From NCBI GenBank assembly GCA_036511795.1, contig DATCBO010000073.1, positions 10,773 through 74,772 on the forward strand: a stretch of 64,000 nt of DNA, read 5' to 3'. The notes beneath the pieces are model-generated. The model was not told the origin of the DNA. It made no database searches and worked only from the letters and a program-made list of their open reading frames with translations. This document shows positions 1-9,922 of the stretch, in pieces. Every line of letters starts with the position of its first letter. The first letter of the stretch is position 1. The DNA comes from Xanthobacteraceae bacterium. Its GTDB lineage: Bacteria > Pseudomonadota > Alphaproteobacteria > Rhizobiales > Xanthobacteraceae. Position numbers and translations under genes: made by a program.

Positions 1-611
1 TTGCCGCTGCGCGCTGTGGTCGGCCGCCAGCTCGGCGATTCCGGCACGCTGCGGCGAATGTAGAACACCAGGAGCGCGGGAACGACGCCGATCATGAACA
101 TGCCGCGCCAGCCGATATACTGAAACAGCAGCCCGTAGACGATCGAGGCGAGGAAATATCCGGTCGGATAGCCCGATTGGAGCAGGCCGGACACGAAGCC
201 CCGCGCGTGCGGCGGAATCGACTCCATGGTGAGCGAGGCGCCGACGCCCCATTCGCCGCCCATGGCGATGCCGAAGACCGCCCGCAGCACCAGCAGCACC
301 GTCAGGTTCGGCGAAAACCCGGAGGCGAATTCGATGGCCGAATAAAGCAGCACGTCGACCATCAAGGTCGGGCGGCGCCCCCAGCGGTCGGCGGCGCGTC
401 CGAAGATGTACGCGCCGATCGGCCGCATCGCCAAGGTCAGTGTGATGGCCCAGGTCACGGCGGTAATGTCCGTCGTGAATTCCTTGGCGATGTCTCTGAG
501 CACGAAAACAAGAAGGAAAAAGTCGAAAGCGTCCAGCGTCCAGCCGAGAAAGGTCGCAGCGACGACGTGTTTTTGTTCGCTGGTCCAGCCGGACAAAGCT
601 GCGATGCGCAT
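1..611 (-). CDS. MFS transporter, N-terminal part (3' end runs off the window start)
   Basis: Absent from the ORF track because it is open to the window edge. Reverse-strand translation from ATG (609-611) gives MRIAALSGWTSEQKHVVAATFLGWTLDAFDFF...GRAADRWGRRPTLMVDVLLYS...GGEWGVGASL, typical MFS TM1-TM5 with the D-R-x-G-R-R loop. Confidence 0.8.
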   Translation of the reverse strand, partial: MRIAALSGWTSEQKHVVAATFLGWTLDAFDFFLLVFVLRDIAKEFTTDITAVTWAITLTLAMRPIGAYIFGRAADRWGRRPTLMVDVLLYSAIEFASGFSPNLTVLLVLRAVFGIAMGGEWGVGASLTMESIPPHARGFVSGLLQSGYPTGYFLASIVYGLLFQYIGWRGMFMIGVVPALLVFYIRRSVPESPSWRPTTARSG

Positions 612-737
612 GGTCGATCCTCCAATCGCTTTTATTGGATTTATAGATCGTAACGTCAGCGTAGGGCCGGATGTTCCGGCGCACAATATTGCAGCGGCGA
701 TTACTCGTCTGATGCGCGATTCCGCTGTGAAAGCCGT

Positions 738-1550
738 CTACGGATGATCCTGCGCCACGTCGATCAGCGTGCCGTCGGGATCGGCCAGTTGCAGCGTACC
801 ATGCGGGCATTTCTGCAAGAGCTTGAGCCGTGCGGCGCCTTCCTCGTCGAACGGGATCGGCTTCGCCCCGAGCTGGATATTGGTCTTCGTCACCATCGCC
901 ATGTTGTCCGAAAACGCTTTCAGGTCGGGCACGCGAAAGCCGATGTGATCCATGCCCGGCTGCTCGATGCCGGCGCCGTTGAAGGACGATATCTTCCACG
1001 GCACGATTGCCATGGTCATGCGGCCATCGGTCAGATGGTAGCCACCTTCTTCCGAAGGCAGGTTGCGGGCTTCCAGCTCGAATACGTCGGTATAGAAGTT
1101 GGCAAGCCGCTCCGCCTCGCGGGCGCGGATGGCGAAATGGCTGAATGTCGTGTCCTGCTTCCATTCGCCCTTGGAGTAAACTTCGGCACGGTTCTCGTGA
1201 CCCGGCTGGGACAGGTCGAAATAATTGCCGGCCGGATCGTGCGCGCTGTAGCTCGCGAATGGACGGTTGCCCGGCCGCTTGACGATCTCGATGTCGGGAT
1301 ATTTCTTCGCCACCTTCTGGCGCACCTTTTCCAGGTCCTCGACTTCGATGCCGAAGTGATCGAGTCCGGCCTTGCGCCCGCCGCGGCGCGGAATGAGGGT
1401 CATGCCGACATAACCGTCGCCGACCGAAATGGCGCCGATTTCGCGCGCGGTGTCGCCCGACGCCTTGAGGCCGAACATGGCGCGATAAAACATGCCAAGG
1501 AGCGTGTAGTGGTCGCTGGTGATGGCGAGATGGTTGAGCTTGCCGAACAT
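738..1550 (-). CDS. VOC-superfamily protein (two glyoxalase/extradiol-dioxygenase-like modules)
   Basis: 270-aa ORF with two VOC modules (LNHLAITSDHY...GLDHFGIEVED and FSHFAIRARE...GMDHIGFRVPD). Confidence 0.75.
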   Translation of the reverse strand: MFGKLNHLAITSDHYTLLGMFYRAMFGLKASGDTAREIGAISVGDGYVGMTLIPRRGGRKAGLDHFGIEVEDLEKVRQKVAKKYPDIEIVKRPGNRPFASYSAHDPAGNYFDLSQPGHENRAEVYSKGEWKQDTTFSHFAIRAREAERLANFYTDVFELEARNLPSEEGGYHLTDGRMTMAIVPWKISSFNGAGIEQPGMDHIGFRVPDLKAFSDNMAMVTKTNIQLGAKPIPFDEEGAARLKLLQKCPHGTLQLADPDGTLIDVAQDHP

Positions 1551-1715
1551 GATGTCTCCTGGATGCGTTATGCGCTAAAGCCGTAATTCAATTGACGAGA
1601 TGCGCAAGGCTCGGCATCACGATGCGGTCCGGCGTGATGGTGCCCTTGCCGATTTTTATGCATTCGCAGCAAGCCTAGCACGGGGTCGGTGGGCTGTCGT
1701 GCGGGGGCGTTGCGC

Positions 1716-2174
1716 CTATTGCGGCGAGGGATGTCGCGGCACGATCAGGTTGCCGACGAAGCTTTGCACGTCTTCGTCATTCTGATTGTAGGTCGTCGTC
1801 CGCACGCGGATCAGGCCGCGGTCGGGACGCGATTTGGACGGACGCACGTCGAGAATTTCACTCTTGGCGTGCAACTCATCGCCGGGCCGTACCGGCCGCG
1901 ACCACGACAGTTCGTCGAAGCCGACGCCGATGATGCCGCCGGCCGGCTTGAAGTCGCCCTCCGCCATGAGCCGCATGGTCAGCGCCGCGGTGTGCCAGCC
2001 ACTCGCAGCCAAACCGCCGAACACCGAATTTTTCGCCGCCTCCTCGTCGAGATGGAACGGCTGCGGGTCGAATTGTTTGGCGAATGCCTTGATCTGATCG
2101 GCGTCGATCTTGAGCCGGCCCGTGGCAAATACCTGGCCAACGGCGAAGTCATCCAGATAATAAACTTGGCTCAT
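1716..2174 (-). CDS. MaoC-like (R)-hydratase/dehydratase, hotdog fold
   Basis: Internal start MSQVYYLDDF (ATG at 2172-2174, GGAG upstream). Contains FAKQFDPQPFHLDEEAAK..GGLAASGWHT, typical MaoC dehydratase. Confidence 0.8.
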   Translation of the reverse strand: MSQVYYLDDFAVGQVFATGRLKIDADQIKAFAKQFDPQPFHLDEEAAKNSVFGGLAASGWHTAALTMRLMAEGDFKPAGGIIGVGFDELSWSRPVRPGDELHAKSEILDVRPSKSRPDRGLIRVRTTTYNQNDEDVQSFVGNLIVPRHPSPQ

Positions 2175-2212
2175 CGCTCGGTCGACTCCTGCCGTGACGC
2201 GCGCGCCGGGAC

Positions 2213-3643
2213 CTATGCGTTGGTGTCGCGAAACCACGCTCCGCTAGCAACCGCCGCGGCATTGATCAGCCCGAATGCTGCGAGTGCGACCGCGAGCGCA
2301 ATGAACACGCCGGTCAAACTGCCGGACCATCGCAGCGCCAGAAGGCCGCCGGCCGCCGCAATGACCAGCCTGGCAAAATTGCCGAGGAGCGGCCACAGCA
2401 GCCGGCCGGCGCCCTGCGAGGCGAAATAGAGCGCCATGCCAAGGCCGAACAGGCCATAGACCGGGCCAACGGCGTGCAGATAGCGCGACCCGGCATCGAT
2501 CATTGCGGGGTCGGTGTCGAACAGCGACAGCCACACGCGCGGCGCGGCGGTGGCGCATAGCCCGATGGTTTCACACAGGCCGGCGGCAATGGCCGCGCCA
2601 ATCCAGGCGACGCGCAGGGCGCGGTCGCGACGGCCGGCGCCGATGTTCGTTCCGACCATGGCAACGAGCGGACCGCCCAGCCCGAACACCAGCGGAATGA
2701 GCAGATATTCGAGGCGCGAGCCGGTGCCGTAACCGGCGATCGCGGCTGCGCCGAACACGCCGACGAAACCGGTGGCGATGGCGATGGTGAGATTGGTTTG
2801 CACGGTGATGAGGGCTGCGACCAGACCGACGCGGAGAATATCGCGGAACAGCGCCCAACGCAGCCGCGCACCGGCAAAGTTCAGCCGAACGACACTGCGG
2901 CTCGAGCGCAGGTAGGCCAAAAGCGCAGCACTGCCGATCGCGTAATAGAGCAGCACCGCAACCGCGCCCCCCGCGATGCCGAGCTTTGGAAACGGGCCGA
3001 ACCCGAAGATCAGGCACGGCGACAGCGGGATCAGGACCAGCACGCCGGCGCAGGTGACGATAGCCGGCGTCGCCATGTTGCCGCTGCCGCGGATGATGTT
3101 GGCGAGCGAATTGAACAGCCACACCAGGATTGCGCCGGCAAAGACAACACTCGAGTAGGTCATCGCCGCGGCGAGCGAGGCACCGTTGCCGCCCATCGCC
3201 GCGTAAAGCCAGTGCCCGCCGGCGAGTAGCGCGGCGGTAAAGACGAGTCCGAAGATCAGTCCGATCACCAGCGCATGGATCGCGAGCGCATCGGCATCGG
3301 CGCGGCTGCCGCGACCCAGGGCGCGCGCGATCGCCGAAGAAATTCCGCCGCCCATGGCGCCGGCCGACATCATCTGCATCAGCATGACCACGGGAAATAC
3401 CAGCGCCACGCCGGCAAGCGCCGCGGTGCCGAGCTTGCCGACGAAATAGGTTTCGACCAGGCCGACGGTGGACTGCGCCAGCATCACCAGCATGTTCGGC
3501 GCGGCGAGCCGCACGAGCGTGGACGCGATCGGTCCGTCGATCAGCGCGGCGGTGCGTGGATCGTAGCGCGGCTTGTCAGCACTGGCGATGGCGGCAGGCT
3601 GATCGGGCTGCGCGACGGAGACGGTCAAACTTGCGGATGACAT
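2213..3643 (-). CDS. MATE family efflux transporter
   Basis: 476 aa, about 12 predicted TM segments. N-terminus LVRLAAPNMLVMLAQSTVGLVETYFVGKLG is typical of NorM/DinF-type MATE proteins. Confidence 0.9.
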   Translation of the reverse strand: MSSASLTVSVAQPDQPAAIASADKPRYDPRTAALIDGPIASTLVRLAAPNMLVMLAQSTVGLVETYFVGKLGTAALAGVALVFPVVMLMQMMSAGAMGGGISSAIARALGRGSRADADALAIHALVIGLIFGLVFTAALLAGGHWLYAAMGGNGASLAAAMTYSSVVFAGAILVWLFNSLANIIRGSGNMATPAIVTCAGVLVLIPLSPCLIFGFGPFPKLGIAGGAVAVLLYYAIGSAALLAYLRSSRSVVRLNFAGARLRWALFRDILRVGLVAALITVQTNLTIAIATGFVGVFGAAAIAGYGTGSRLEYLLIPLVFGLGGPLVAMVGTNIGAGRRDRALRVAWIGAAIAAGLCETIGLCATAAPRVWLSLFDTDPAMIDAGSRYLHAVGPVYGLFGLGMALYFASQGAGRLLWPLLGNFARLVIAAAGGLLALRWSGSLTGVFIALAVALAAFGLINAAAVASGAWFRDTNA

Positions 3644-3710
3644 GGGTGCAATCCTCGGGGGTGACCCTGACCCTGATGCCGGTTGAGAAGACGACGCGGT
3701 TCTATGTTTC

Positions 3711-4160
3711 TCAGCGGATTTGAAATTGACCCTGGCCGAAGTCGCTGGTGACGACGGCGCGCAGCATGCCGCGCAAACTTGACGCGCGCTTGGCGCCGAA
3801 GGTGTGCTCGAAACGCGCCTGCGCCTGCGACCAGGCCTTGCGTGCCTCGTCGAGGCGTTTCGTCCCAGCCTTGGTCAGGTGAAGCTCCTTGGCGCGCCGG
3901 TCCGAGGCGGATGTCTCGATGGCGATCAGTCCGTCACGCTGCAGCGGCTTGAGATTGCGGGCAAGCGTGGTGCGGTCGGTTACCATCGCCTCGGCCAGCG
4001 CATTGATCGTCATTGGGCCCAGCCGATCGAGCTTCGCCAGGATCGAGAACTGGTTGCCGCGCAAGCCCAATGGCGCCAGGAACCGGTCGTAGAGCTGCGT
4101 GACATGTCGCGCCGCCGAGCGAACGGCAAAGCAGTTGCAGTCGGCCGTTGTGGGAGTCAT
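3711..4160 (-). CDS. MarR family transcriptional regulator
   Basis: Start at MTPTTADCNCFAVRSAARHVTQLYD (ATG 4158-4160). Winged-helix region LRGNQFSILAKLDRLGPMTINALAEAMVTDRTTLARNLKPLQRDGLI. Directly upstream of and co-directional with the MATE gene. Confidence 0.85.
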   Translation of the reverse strand: MTPTTADCNCFAVRSAARHVTQLYDRFLAPLGLRGNQFSILAKLDRLGPMTINALAEAMVTDRTTLARNLKPLQRDGLIAIETSASDRRAKELHLTKAGTKRLDEARKAWSQAQARFEHTFGAKRASSLRGMLRAVVTSDFGQGQFQIR

Positions 4161-4328
4161 TGGCAAGTTGCCCCGTCGGTCGTTTAACAGCGGCTCTCGA
4201 TACACGTGCATATACGCATAATTAGGCGCAATTACACCTATGTCAAGACCGTGGTCACGGCCGAGCGGGGCGACCGCGATAGACATAGCCGACGAGGGAT
4301 GGCGGCGGTTCGCGCCGCGGCGCCTGGC

Positions 4329-5303
4329 TTATTTTGGCGTGAGGCCCATCACAGACGCGATGTGGGCGACCTGCGCATACTGCTCCTTGAGCGCGGCGGT
4401 GTACGCGTCAACGTCCAAGGGCGTGGCCGGCTGTCCCGTGAGGGTCAATCTCTCACGCGTCGTCTTGTCGAGCGCGGCGAGGACGTCCGCGGCGATTCGC
4501 CGGCGCAAGTCGAGCGGCATGCCGCGCGGCCCGAGCAGGCCCAGCACGGGACTGGCAAGCAGCGACGGGTACCCTGATTCCACCACGGTGGGAATGTCCG
4601 GCGCGATGGGCGATCGCTCGCGAGCGTTGATAGCGATGAACTTGATCTTTCCTGTCTGCGCATAGCTGCGCATTGCGGCGAATGACTGCATCGACAACTG
4701 AATTCGATTTTCGCCGAGGTCGAGCGGTGACTTCGTTATATCGCGGTAGGGCACCTTGGCGATCGCGAGTCCGTTTTCCTTGACGAATCCGTCCAACACG
4801 AATTCGGAAAATCCCGGCGCGACCGCATAGCTCGTGTCCTTTGGCTTGGCGCGCGCCAGCGCCACAAATTCGCGGAGTGTGGAGATGCCGAGGCTGGTCG
4901 GCACCGCCATGGCGATCTGGACCTGGGCGACGCCTGCGATCGGGGTCAGATCGGTCTCGGGATTGAAGGCAATATTCGGGTGCAGGTAGCGCTGGACGAC
5001 GAACATGCTGCTCGGTCCGAAGAACAAGACATCGTCGTCCTTGGCCGACACGACGGTTTGCAATGACAGTAAGCCGTCGCCTCCCGGCTTGCCGTCGACG
5101 ATGACGGGTTGGCCCCATTTCTTTTGCAGACTGTCGGTGATCAGCCGGGCGGCAGTATCCGCTCCGGAGCCTGGACCGAACGGCAGCACGAGGCGCACCG
5201 CATGCGTGGGCCACTGCTGAGCGAAGCTTGCGGTCGAAGCGAGCATGGGGATCGCCAGCGCGAGTGCGGCGACCATGGTGAGGCGAAAGCAACCCTTGAG
5301 CAT
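4329..5303 (-). CDS. Bug/TctC-family tripartite tricarboxylate transporter substrate-binding protein
   Basis: Start MLKGCFRLTMVAALALAIPMLASTASFAQQ (signal peptide), then WPTHAVRLVLPFGPGSGADTAARL, the TctC signature. Confidence 0.85.
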   Translation of the reverse strand: MLKGCFRLTMVAALALAIPMLASTASFAQQWPTHAVRLVLPFGPGSGADTAARLITDSLQKKWGQPVIVDGKPGGDGLLSLQTVVSAKDDDVLFFGPSSMFVVQRYLHPNIAFNPETDLTPIAGVAQVQIAMAVPTSLGISTLREFVALARAKPKDTSYAVAPGFSEFVLDGFVKENGLAIAKVPYRDITKSPLDLGENRIQLSMQSFAAMRSYAQTGKIKFIAINARERSPIAPDIPTVVESGYPSLLASPVLGLLGPRGMPLDLRRRIAADVLAALDKTTRERLTLTGQPATPLDVDAYTAALKEQYAQVAHIASVMGLTPK

Positions 5304-5325
5304 GATTTTTTCCTGTGCAGTACCG

Positions 5326-5730
5326 TTATAGCGCCGCCACTGCCTCAACTTCCAGCCAGTAGGCTTCGTCGGCGAGACGGCTGATGATGAGCAGCGTGTG
5401 CGGCGGATAGGCGCCGTCCGGGAACATCGCCGGATAGGCCTTGGCGCGCCAGGCTCGATAGGCGTTGGCGTGTTCGGGCCGCAGGATGTAGGTGCGAAAT
5501 TGCACGACGTTCTTCCAGTCGGCGTTGACCGAACGCAGCGCGATGTGAATGTTTTTGAACACCTGCACGCATTGCGCCTCGAAGTCGCCTTTGCCGACGA
5601 CGGCGCCCGTCGCGTCGATCGGCGTCTGGCCGGCGAGGAAGACCAGCTCCTGCGTCTTGGCGTACGCGACGTGGCTGTAGGGCGCGGGCTTGCTCATCCC
5701 ATCGGGATTGAAAATCTTGATCTCGGCCAT
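5326..5730 (-). CDS. RidA/YjgF family protein
   Basis: 134 aa; PAPYSHVAYAKTQELVFLAGQTPIDATGAVVGKGDFEAQCVQVFKNI matches the YjgF/UK114 fold pattern. Confidence 0.8.
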   Translation of the reverse strand: MAEIKIFNPDGMSKPAPYSHVAYAKTQELVFLAGQTPIDATGAVVGKGDFEAQCVQVFKNIHIALRSVNADWKNVVQFRTYILRPEHANAYRAWRAKAYPAMFPDGAYPPHTLLIISRLADEAYWLEVEAVAAL

Positions 5731-5772
5731 CGGTGTTTTCCTTCTTTAACGGTGTTGCTATACGAAATTCGT

Positions 5773-6855
5773 CTAACGGTCCGCGAGCCCCATCGCGGTT
5801 TTGGTCTTGGCGACGATGTCGTGCGGGGTCGTGACCGTGTCGTGAACGATTTGCGCGACTTCATCAGCGCTCATCGGTTCGATGCTGAAGCGGATTTTAA
5901 CGGCGTCCGCCAGAAACGCGGCATCCTTCATTGTCGCGGCAAACGCATCGCGCAGGGCCGCGAGCCGGTCCGCGGGCACGCCGGGCGGCGCCACATAGGG
6001 CTGGCCGAGCGCCGGCGATGACGAGATCAGCTTGAAAATCTGGCGTTGCTCGCCGGTCTTGGCGAGCTCGGTCAAAAGCGGCACGTCCGGCAGCGCCTTG
6101 TCGCGGCGCACGCCGGCCTGGACGAGAAAATCAACCTTGTGGCCGCTGATCCAATCGGGGTGCTGACTGGTGATCGAGCCGATGCTGAAGGCGCGCGCCT
6201 GCACTTCGCCGCGCTCCATGCCGAGATTGACATCCTCGGACGTGCGATAGCCGGTCACGATCTTGAATTTGGTGTCGAGCAGCTTGTTCACCACCATGGG
6301 CAGCAGCACGATGCCCGCGCCCGCGCCGGTGCCGCCCAGCACGATCTGCTTTTCCTGCGCCTGCGCGATGCTTGTGATGCCGGCCGTATGCCAGACGAGA
6401 ATGACTTCGTTTTGCGGGCCGGTCGAACCAAGCCAGTTGAATTTGTCGGCGTCGTAGCGGATGCCGCCGGAATTGAGCACCTGCTGCAGCGGCATGGCGC
6501 TGTGGATGGTGGCGATCGCGGTGCCGTCTTTCGGCGCGATGTTGTACATGTAGTTGGTGGCGAGCACGTTGCCGCCGCCCGGCATGTTCTCCACGATCAT
6601 GGCGGGGTTGCCGGCAATATGGCGCGGCATGTGGCGCGCAAACAATCGTGCCACCGTGTCGTAAGTTCCGCCGACGCCGGTCGACGTAATCAGCGTGATG
6701 GTCTTGCCTTTATAGAAGCCGGAATCGCCTGCCGGCCGGGCGAAAGCGCGCGCCGGCAGCGCCGCAATCGCGGCGGCGCGCGTCAGCCACGCGCGTCGCG
6801 AGATTTTGCTCGTCAGCTCGCTGGCCACCGACGCGTCCGTCCCGGACGCGATCAA
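5773..6855 (-). CDS. TctC/Bug-like periplasmic solute-binding protein (divergent subfamily)
   Basis: Tat-like signal SRRAWLTRAAAIAALPARAFA, then FYKGKTITLITSTGVGGTYDTVARLFARHMPRHIAGNPAMIVENMPGGG. Paralogous to the ORFs at 9923 and 25922. The TTG start overlaps the upstream stop (cTTGA). Confidence 0.7.
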   Translation of the reverse strand: MIASGTDASVASELTSKISRRAWLTRAAAIAALPARAFARPAGDSGFYKGKTITLITSTGVGGTYDTVARLFARHMPRHIAGNPAMIVENMPGGGNVLATNYMYNIAPKDGTAIATIHSAMPLQQVLNSGGIRYDADKFNWLGSTGPQNEVILVWHTAGITSIAQAQEKQIVLGGTGAGAGIVLLPMVVNKLLDTKFKIVTGYRTSEDVNLGMERGEVQARAFSIGSITSQHPDWISGHKVDFLVQAGVRRDKALPDVPLLTELAKTGEQRQIFKLISSSPALGQPYVAPPGVPADRLAALRDAFAATMKDAAFLADAVKIRFSIEPMSADEVAQIVHDTVTTPHDIVAKTKTAMGLADR

Positions 6856-8489
6856 GTGTAGCGCGAAAAGTCGTGGCCTTCTTTGACCACGAATTCGAGC
6901 AGGAACGGTGAGCCTTTTTCGGTCACGTCGCCCGCCTCCTTGAGCGCGCCGACGATGTCGCCGGGCTTTTCCACGCGCCGTGCCGCGACGTTGAGGCCCT
7001 CGGCGACCTTCTGATAATTGCCGCTGACCGTCATGGCGCCGTATTTGGCGTCGGAAATCTTCAGCACATCGCGTTCGGCGCCCATGACGCCGTTGTTGAA
7101 CACGACGGTGAGAATGGCGATGCGGTTGCGCGCGGCGGTTTCGATGTCCATGCCGGTCATGCCGAACGAGGCATCGCCCATCACGTTGACGCAGAGCTTC
7201 TTCGGCGCGGCGAGTTTGGCGCCCATGGTGATGCCCAGCCCGTAGCCGAGCTGGGTCGACTTACCCCAGCCCATGTAGGAGCCGGCAGCAGTCGTTTCCC
7301 AGAACGGGATCATCTGCTCGCGCGGGCTGCCGGAGTCATGCGTCATGATGACGTTGTCGCGGTCGAACGTACGCATCATGTCGCGGATCACGCGATACTG
7401 GTTGAGCGGCATCTCCTCGGAATTCAGATGCTTGCCCCATTCGTCGAGCCACGCCTTCTTGCCGGCGGCGATTTCTTCCTTGAGCGAAGCGAGCGCATTG
7501 CCCCCGCCCGGACCTTTCTGACGGCCGACTTCGGCGATCAGCGCATCGATCACCAGGCCGGCGTCGCCGATCACCGAAAGGTCGGCGCGATAATCCTTGT
7601 TGATATCGCCTGCATCATTGGTCGAATGAATGACGGTTTTGCCCTTGGGCACCGATGGACCGAAATTGGTGACCGTCAGGCTCGACCCGATCGCCATGAT
7701 GACATCGGCTTTCTTCAGAAAATCGGCGTACATCTTGGAGCGCGAACGCGTCGCGCCGCCGAGCGCCAGTGGATGGCTGTCGGCGATCGCGCTTTTGCCC
7801 GGATTGGTGGCGACCACCGGCGCCGGCAGCATTTCGGCCAGTGCCGCGAGCTTTTCGCCGGCTTCCGCGTAGTGCACGCCCTGGCCGGCCCATAGCACCG
7901 GGTTCTTGGCCGCGAGCAGCATTTCGACCGCCTTTTTGATGGCGTCCGGATCGGGGGCGCTGCGCTGCATCGGAACCGGCGTGTAGTCGAGCGTGCCTTT
8001 GAACTCAGCTTCGGCGACTTCTTCGGGCAGTTCGATCAGCACCGGCCCAGGCTTGCCGGACCGCATGGCATGGTAGGCGCGTCGCATCAGATCGGGCAGC
8101 TCCTGCACATTGTGCGCCAGCGCCGACCATTTGGTGACCGGACGATAGACATCGGCGGCGCGGAACACCGGACGCACATACTGCCGCGCCAGAGGCAGGG
8201 CGCCGGCGACGATCAGCATCGGCACGTTCTCTGAATATGCCTGCGCGATGCCCGGAAACGCGTTCTCGATGCCGGGCCCGGCCTGCGCGCCGAACACGCC
8301 ATTTCGTTTGCCGCGCTTGATGCGGCTGTAACCGTCGGCAATGCCGACGCCGACGCGCTCCTGCCGGCACAGGATCGGGCGAATGTCGATCGCCGCGCAC
8401 GGCTCGATGACGGCATTACGCGGATAGCAGGAGAAAAACTCGGTGCCTTCGCGTTTGAGGATGTGGGCAATGACTTCGGCGCCGTTCAT
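6852..8489 (-). CDS. Thiamine-diphosphate-dependent enzyme (acetolactate synthase large-subunit-like)
   Basis: 545 aa; N-terminal PYR domain MNGAEVIAHILKREGTEFFSCYP...GVGIADGYSR; C-terminal PP domain with GDASFGM...NNGVMG ThDP-binding motif. Confidence 0.85.
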   Translation of the reverse strand: MNGAEVIAHILKREGTEFFSCYPRNAVIEPCAAIDIRPILCRQERVGVGIADGYSRIKRGKRNGVFGAQAGPGIENAFPGIAQAYSENVPMLIVAGALPLARQYVRPVFRAADVYRPVTKWSALAHNVQELPDLMRRAYHAMRSGKPGPVLIELPEEVAEAEFKGTLDYTPVPMQRSAPDPDAIKKAVEMLLAAKNPVLWAGQGVHYAEAGEKLAALAEMLPAPVVATNPGKSAIADSHPLALGGATRSRSKMYADFLKKADVIMAIGSSLTVTNFGPSVPKGKTVIHSTNDAGDINKDYRADLSVIGDAGLVIDALIAEVGRQKGPGGGNALASLKEEIAAGKKAWLDEWGKHLNSEEMPLNQYRVIRDMMRTFDRDNVIMTHDSGSPREQMIPFWETTAAGSYMGWGKSTQLGYGLGITMGAKLAAPKKLCVNVMGDASFGMTGMDIETAARNRIAILTVVFNNGVMGAERDVLKISDAKYGAMTVSGNYQKVAEGLNVAARRVEKPGDIVGALKEAGDVTEKGSPFLLEFVVKEGHDFSRYT

Positions 8490-8557
8490 GACTGTTTACT
8501 CGCTGTGTGTGAAAGCTGCCAACGATGCGGCGTGGCCGCGCGGGGAGGGCCAAAATT

Positions 8558-9805
8558 TTATTCGGCGGCGATCGGCGTGTCGCGGCTGATGAATTGTTCC
8601 ATTGCGTCGCCAAACGGTACGTCCTTTCGCGCCTCGAAGCGGCCGGAGCGGACCCGGTAGCTCGCTGGATTTATTCCGGGCAGCGGCTTGCCGGCGGCGT
8701 GATCCTTGAGCGTCTGCAGCAACAGCCGCCTGATCTTGACGATGGCGGCATCGGAGGCGAGCAGGTGTTCGCAGCTGCGGTCGGCGATCGGGCCCATCGA
8801 CTCCTGAATGGCGCAGTCCTGTGTGCCGAAACCCTTGAGGCCGGTATACGACTTGCCGCTCGCCTGCAGCTCGCGGTCGATCAGATAGTCGTTGCCGCGG
8901 TTGCGCACGGCGTGATCGGCGCCTGGGATGTTTTCGGTGTGAATGCCGAGTCCGGCTGTCGTGCGCGCGAGGTCTTCCACAGTGAGCGGCCGCGATGGAT
9001 GAAAATCGACGCTGTAGAGCATGGTGTTTTCATCGTCGACCGGCGCCCACACATGGGCGGCGTGCGGAATGGACGAAATGATCTTGTGGAATGGAGACAG
9101 CATCACATTCATGTTCCACATGACGATGCCGTCGCCGCGCTCGCGCCCAGTACCGACGACGAAACCGAAATCGGTCGGGACAACTTCATAAAGCGAGGCG
9201 ACGATGCGGCGGCTCGGATCGCCTTCGGCGCCGTGCAGGAAGCTCAGATGCGTGGCGTCGAAACCGCCCTCCAGTGCCTGCAGCCAGTTGCATTCCTGGA
9301 TGTGACGTGTCGAATAACGCTGTGTCGCCGGCAGCAGCGTCCATTCCAGGTCGGGAAATTCCGGTTTGTGTTCGGCCGGTCCCATATAGGTCCACACCAC
9401 GTCGCCGCGCTCGATGCAGGGATAAGCTTTGACGGCGAGCTGCTTCTGCACGTTGACGCGATGGACGTCGCTCATCTGCGGCACGCAGGGCAGGTCGACG
9501 CAGTTGCCGTCGACGTCGAATTTGATGCCGTGATAGACGCAGCGCAGTCCGTGCTGCTCGTTGCGGCCGTAAAACAGCGAGGCGGTGCGGTGCGGGCATT
9601 TCTCGTCGACGAGCCCGATGCGGCCGCCAGTGTCGCGGAACAGGACGAGATTCTCGCCGAGCAGCCGCACCCGCAGCGGCGGGCTGTCGGGTTTGGCGAT
9701 CTGCGCGGAAAATGCCGCCGGAATCCAATAGCGGCGCATCAGCCCGCCCATGGCGCTCCCGGGACCGACACGCGTCAAAAGCTCGTTTTCGTGCTCCGGT
9801 AGCAA
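8558..9805 (-). CDS. Rieske [2Fe-2S] aromatic-ring-hydroxylating oxygenase, alpha subunit (phthalate/vanillate-type)
   Basis: Rieske motif CPHRTASLFYGRNEQHGLRCVYHG. The likely start is TTG at 9803-9805, preceded by GGAGG at 7-nt spacing; the track ORF extends to 9904. Confidence 0.85.
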   Translation of the reverse strand: MLPEHENELLTRVGPGSAMGGLMRRYWIPAAFSAQIAKPDSPPLRVRLLGENLVLFRDTGGRIGLVDEKCPHRTASLFYGRNEQHGLRCVYHGIKFDVDGNCVDLPCVPQMSDVHRVNVQKQLAVKAYPCIERGDVVWTYMGPAEHKPEFPDLEWTLLPATQRYSTRHIQECNWLQALEGGFDATHLSFLHGAEGDPSRRIVASLYEVVPTDFGFVVGTGRERGDGIVMWNMNVMLSPFHKIISSIPHAAHVWAPVDDENTMLYSVDFHPSRPLTVEDLARTTAGLGIHTENIPGADHAVRNRGNDYLIDRELQASGKSYTGLKGFGTQDCAIQESMGPIADRSCEHLLASDAAIVKIRRLLLQTLKDHAAGKPLPGINPASYRVRSGRFEARKDVPFGDAMEQFISRDTPIAAE

Positions 9806-9922
9806 GGGCGGACCTCCATGAAATCGTTGTGCGAGCTTGGCTTGGCTTCGGCTTTGGCCAATTGTGGCGCGGCCTGCCAGGCATTGCAATTCGTCGTCCC
9901 GCACGGCTGCCTCCCGAGGCGA

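Noticed and set aside
8558-9904. N-terminal extension of the Rieske oxygenase ORF (MRDDELQCLAGRATIG...)
   Set aside because: The extension has no homology-like features. A GGAGG plus 7 nt plus TTG at 9805 gives the conserved LLPEHENELLTRVGPG N-terminus.
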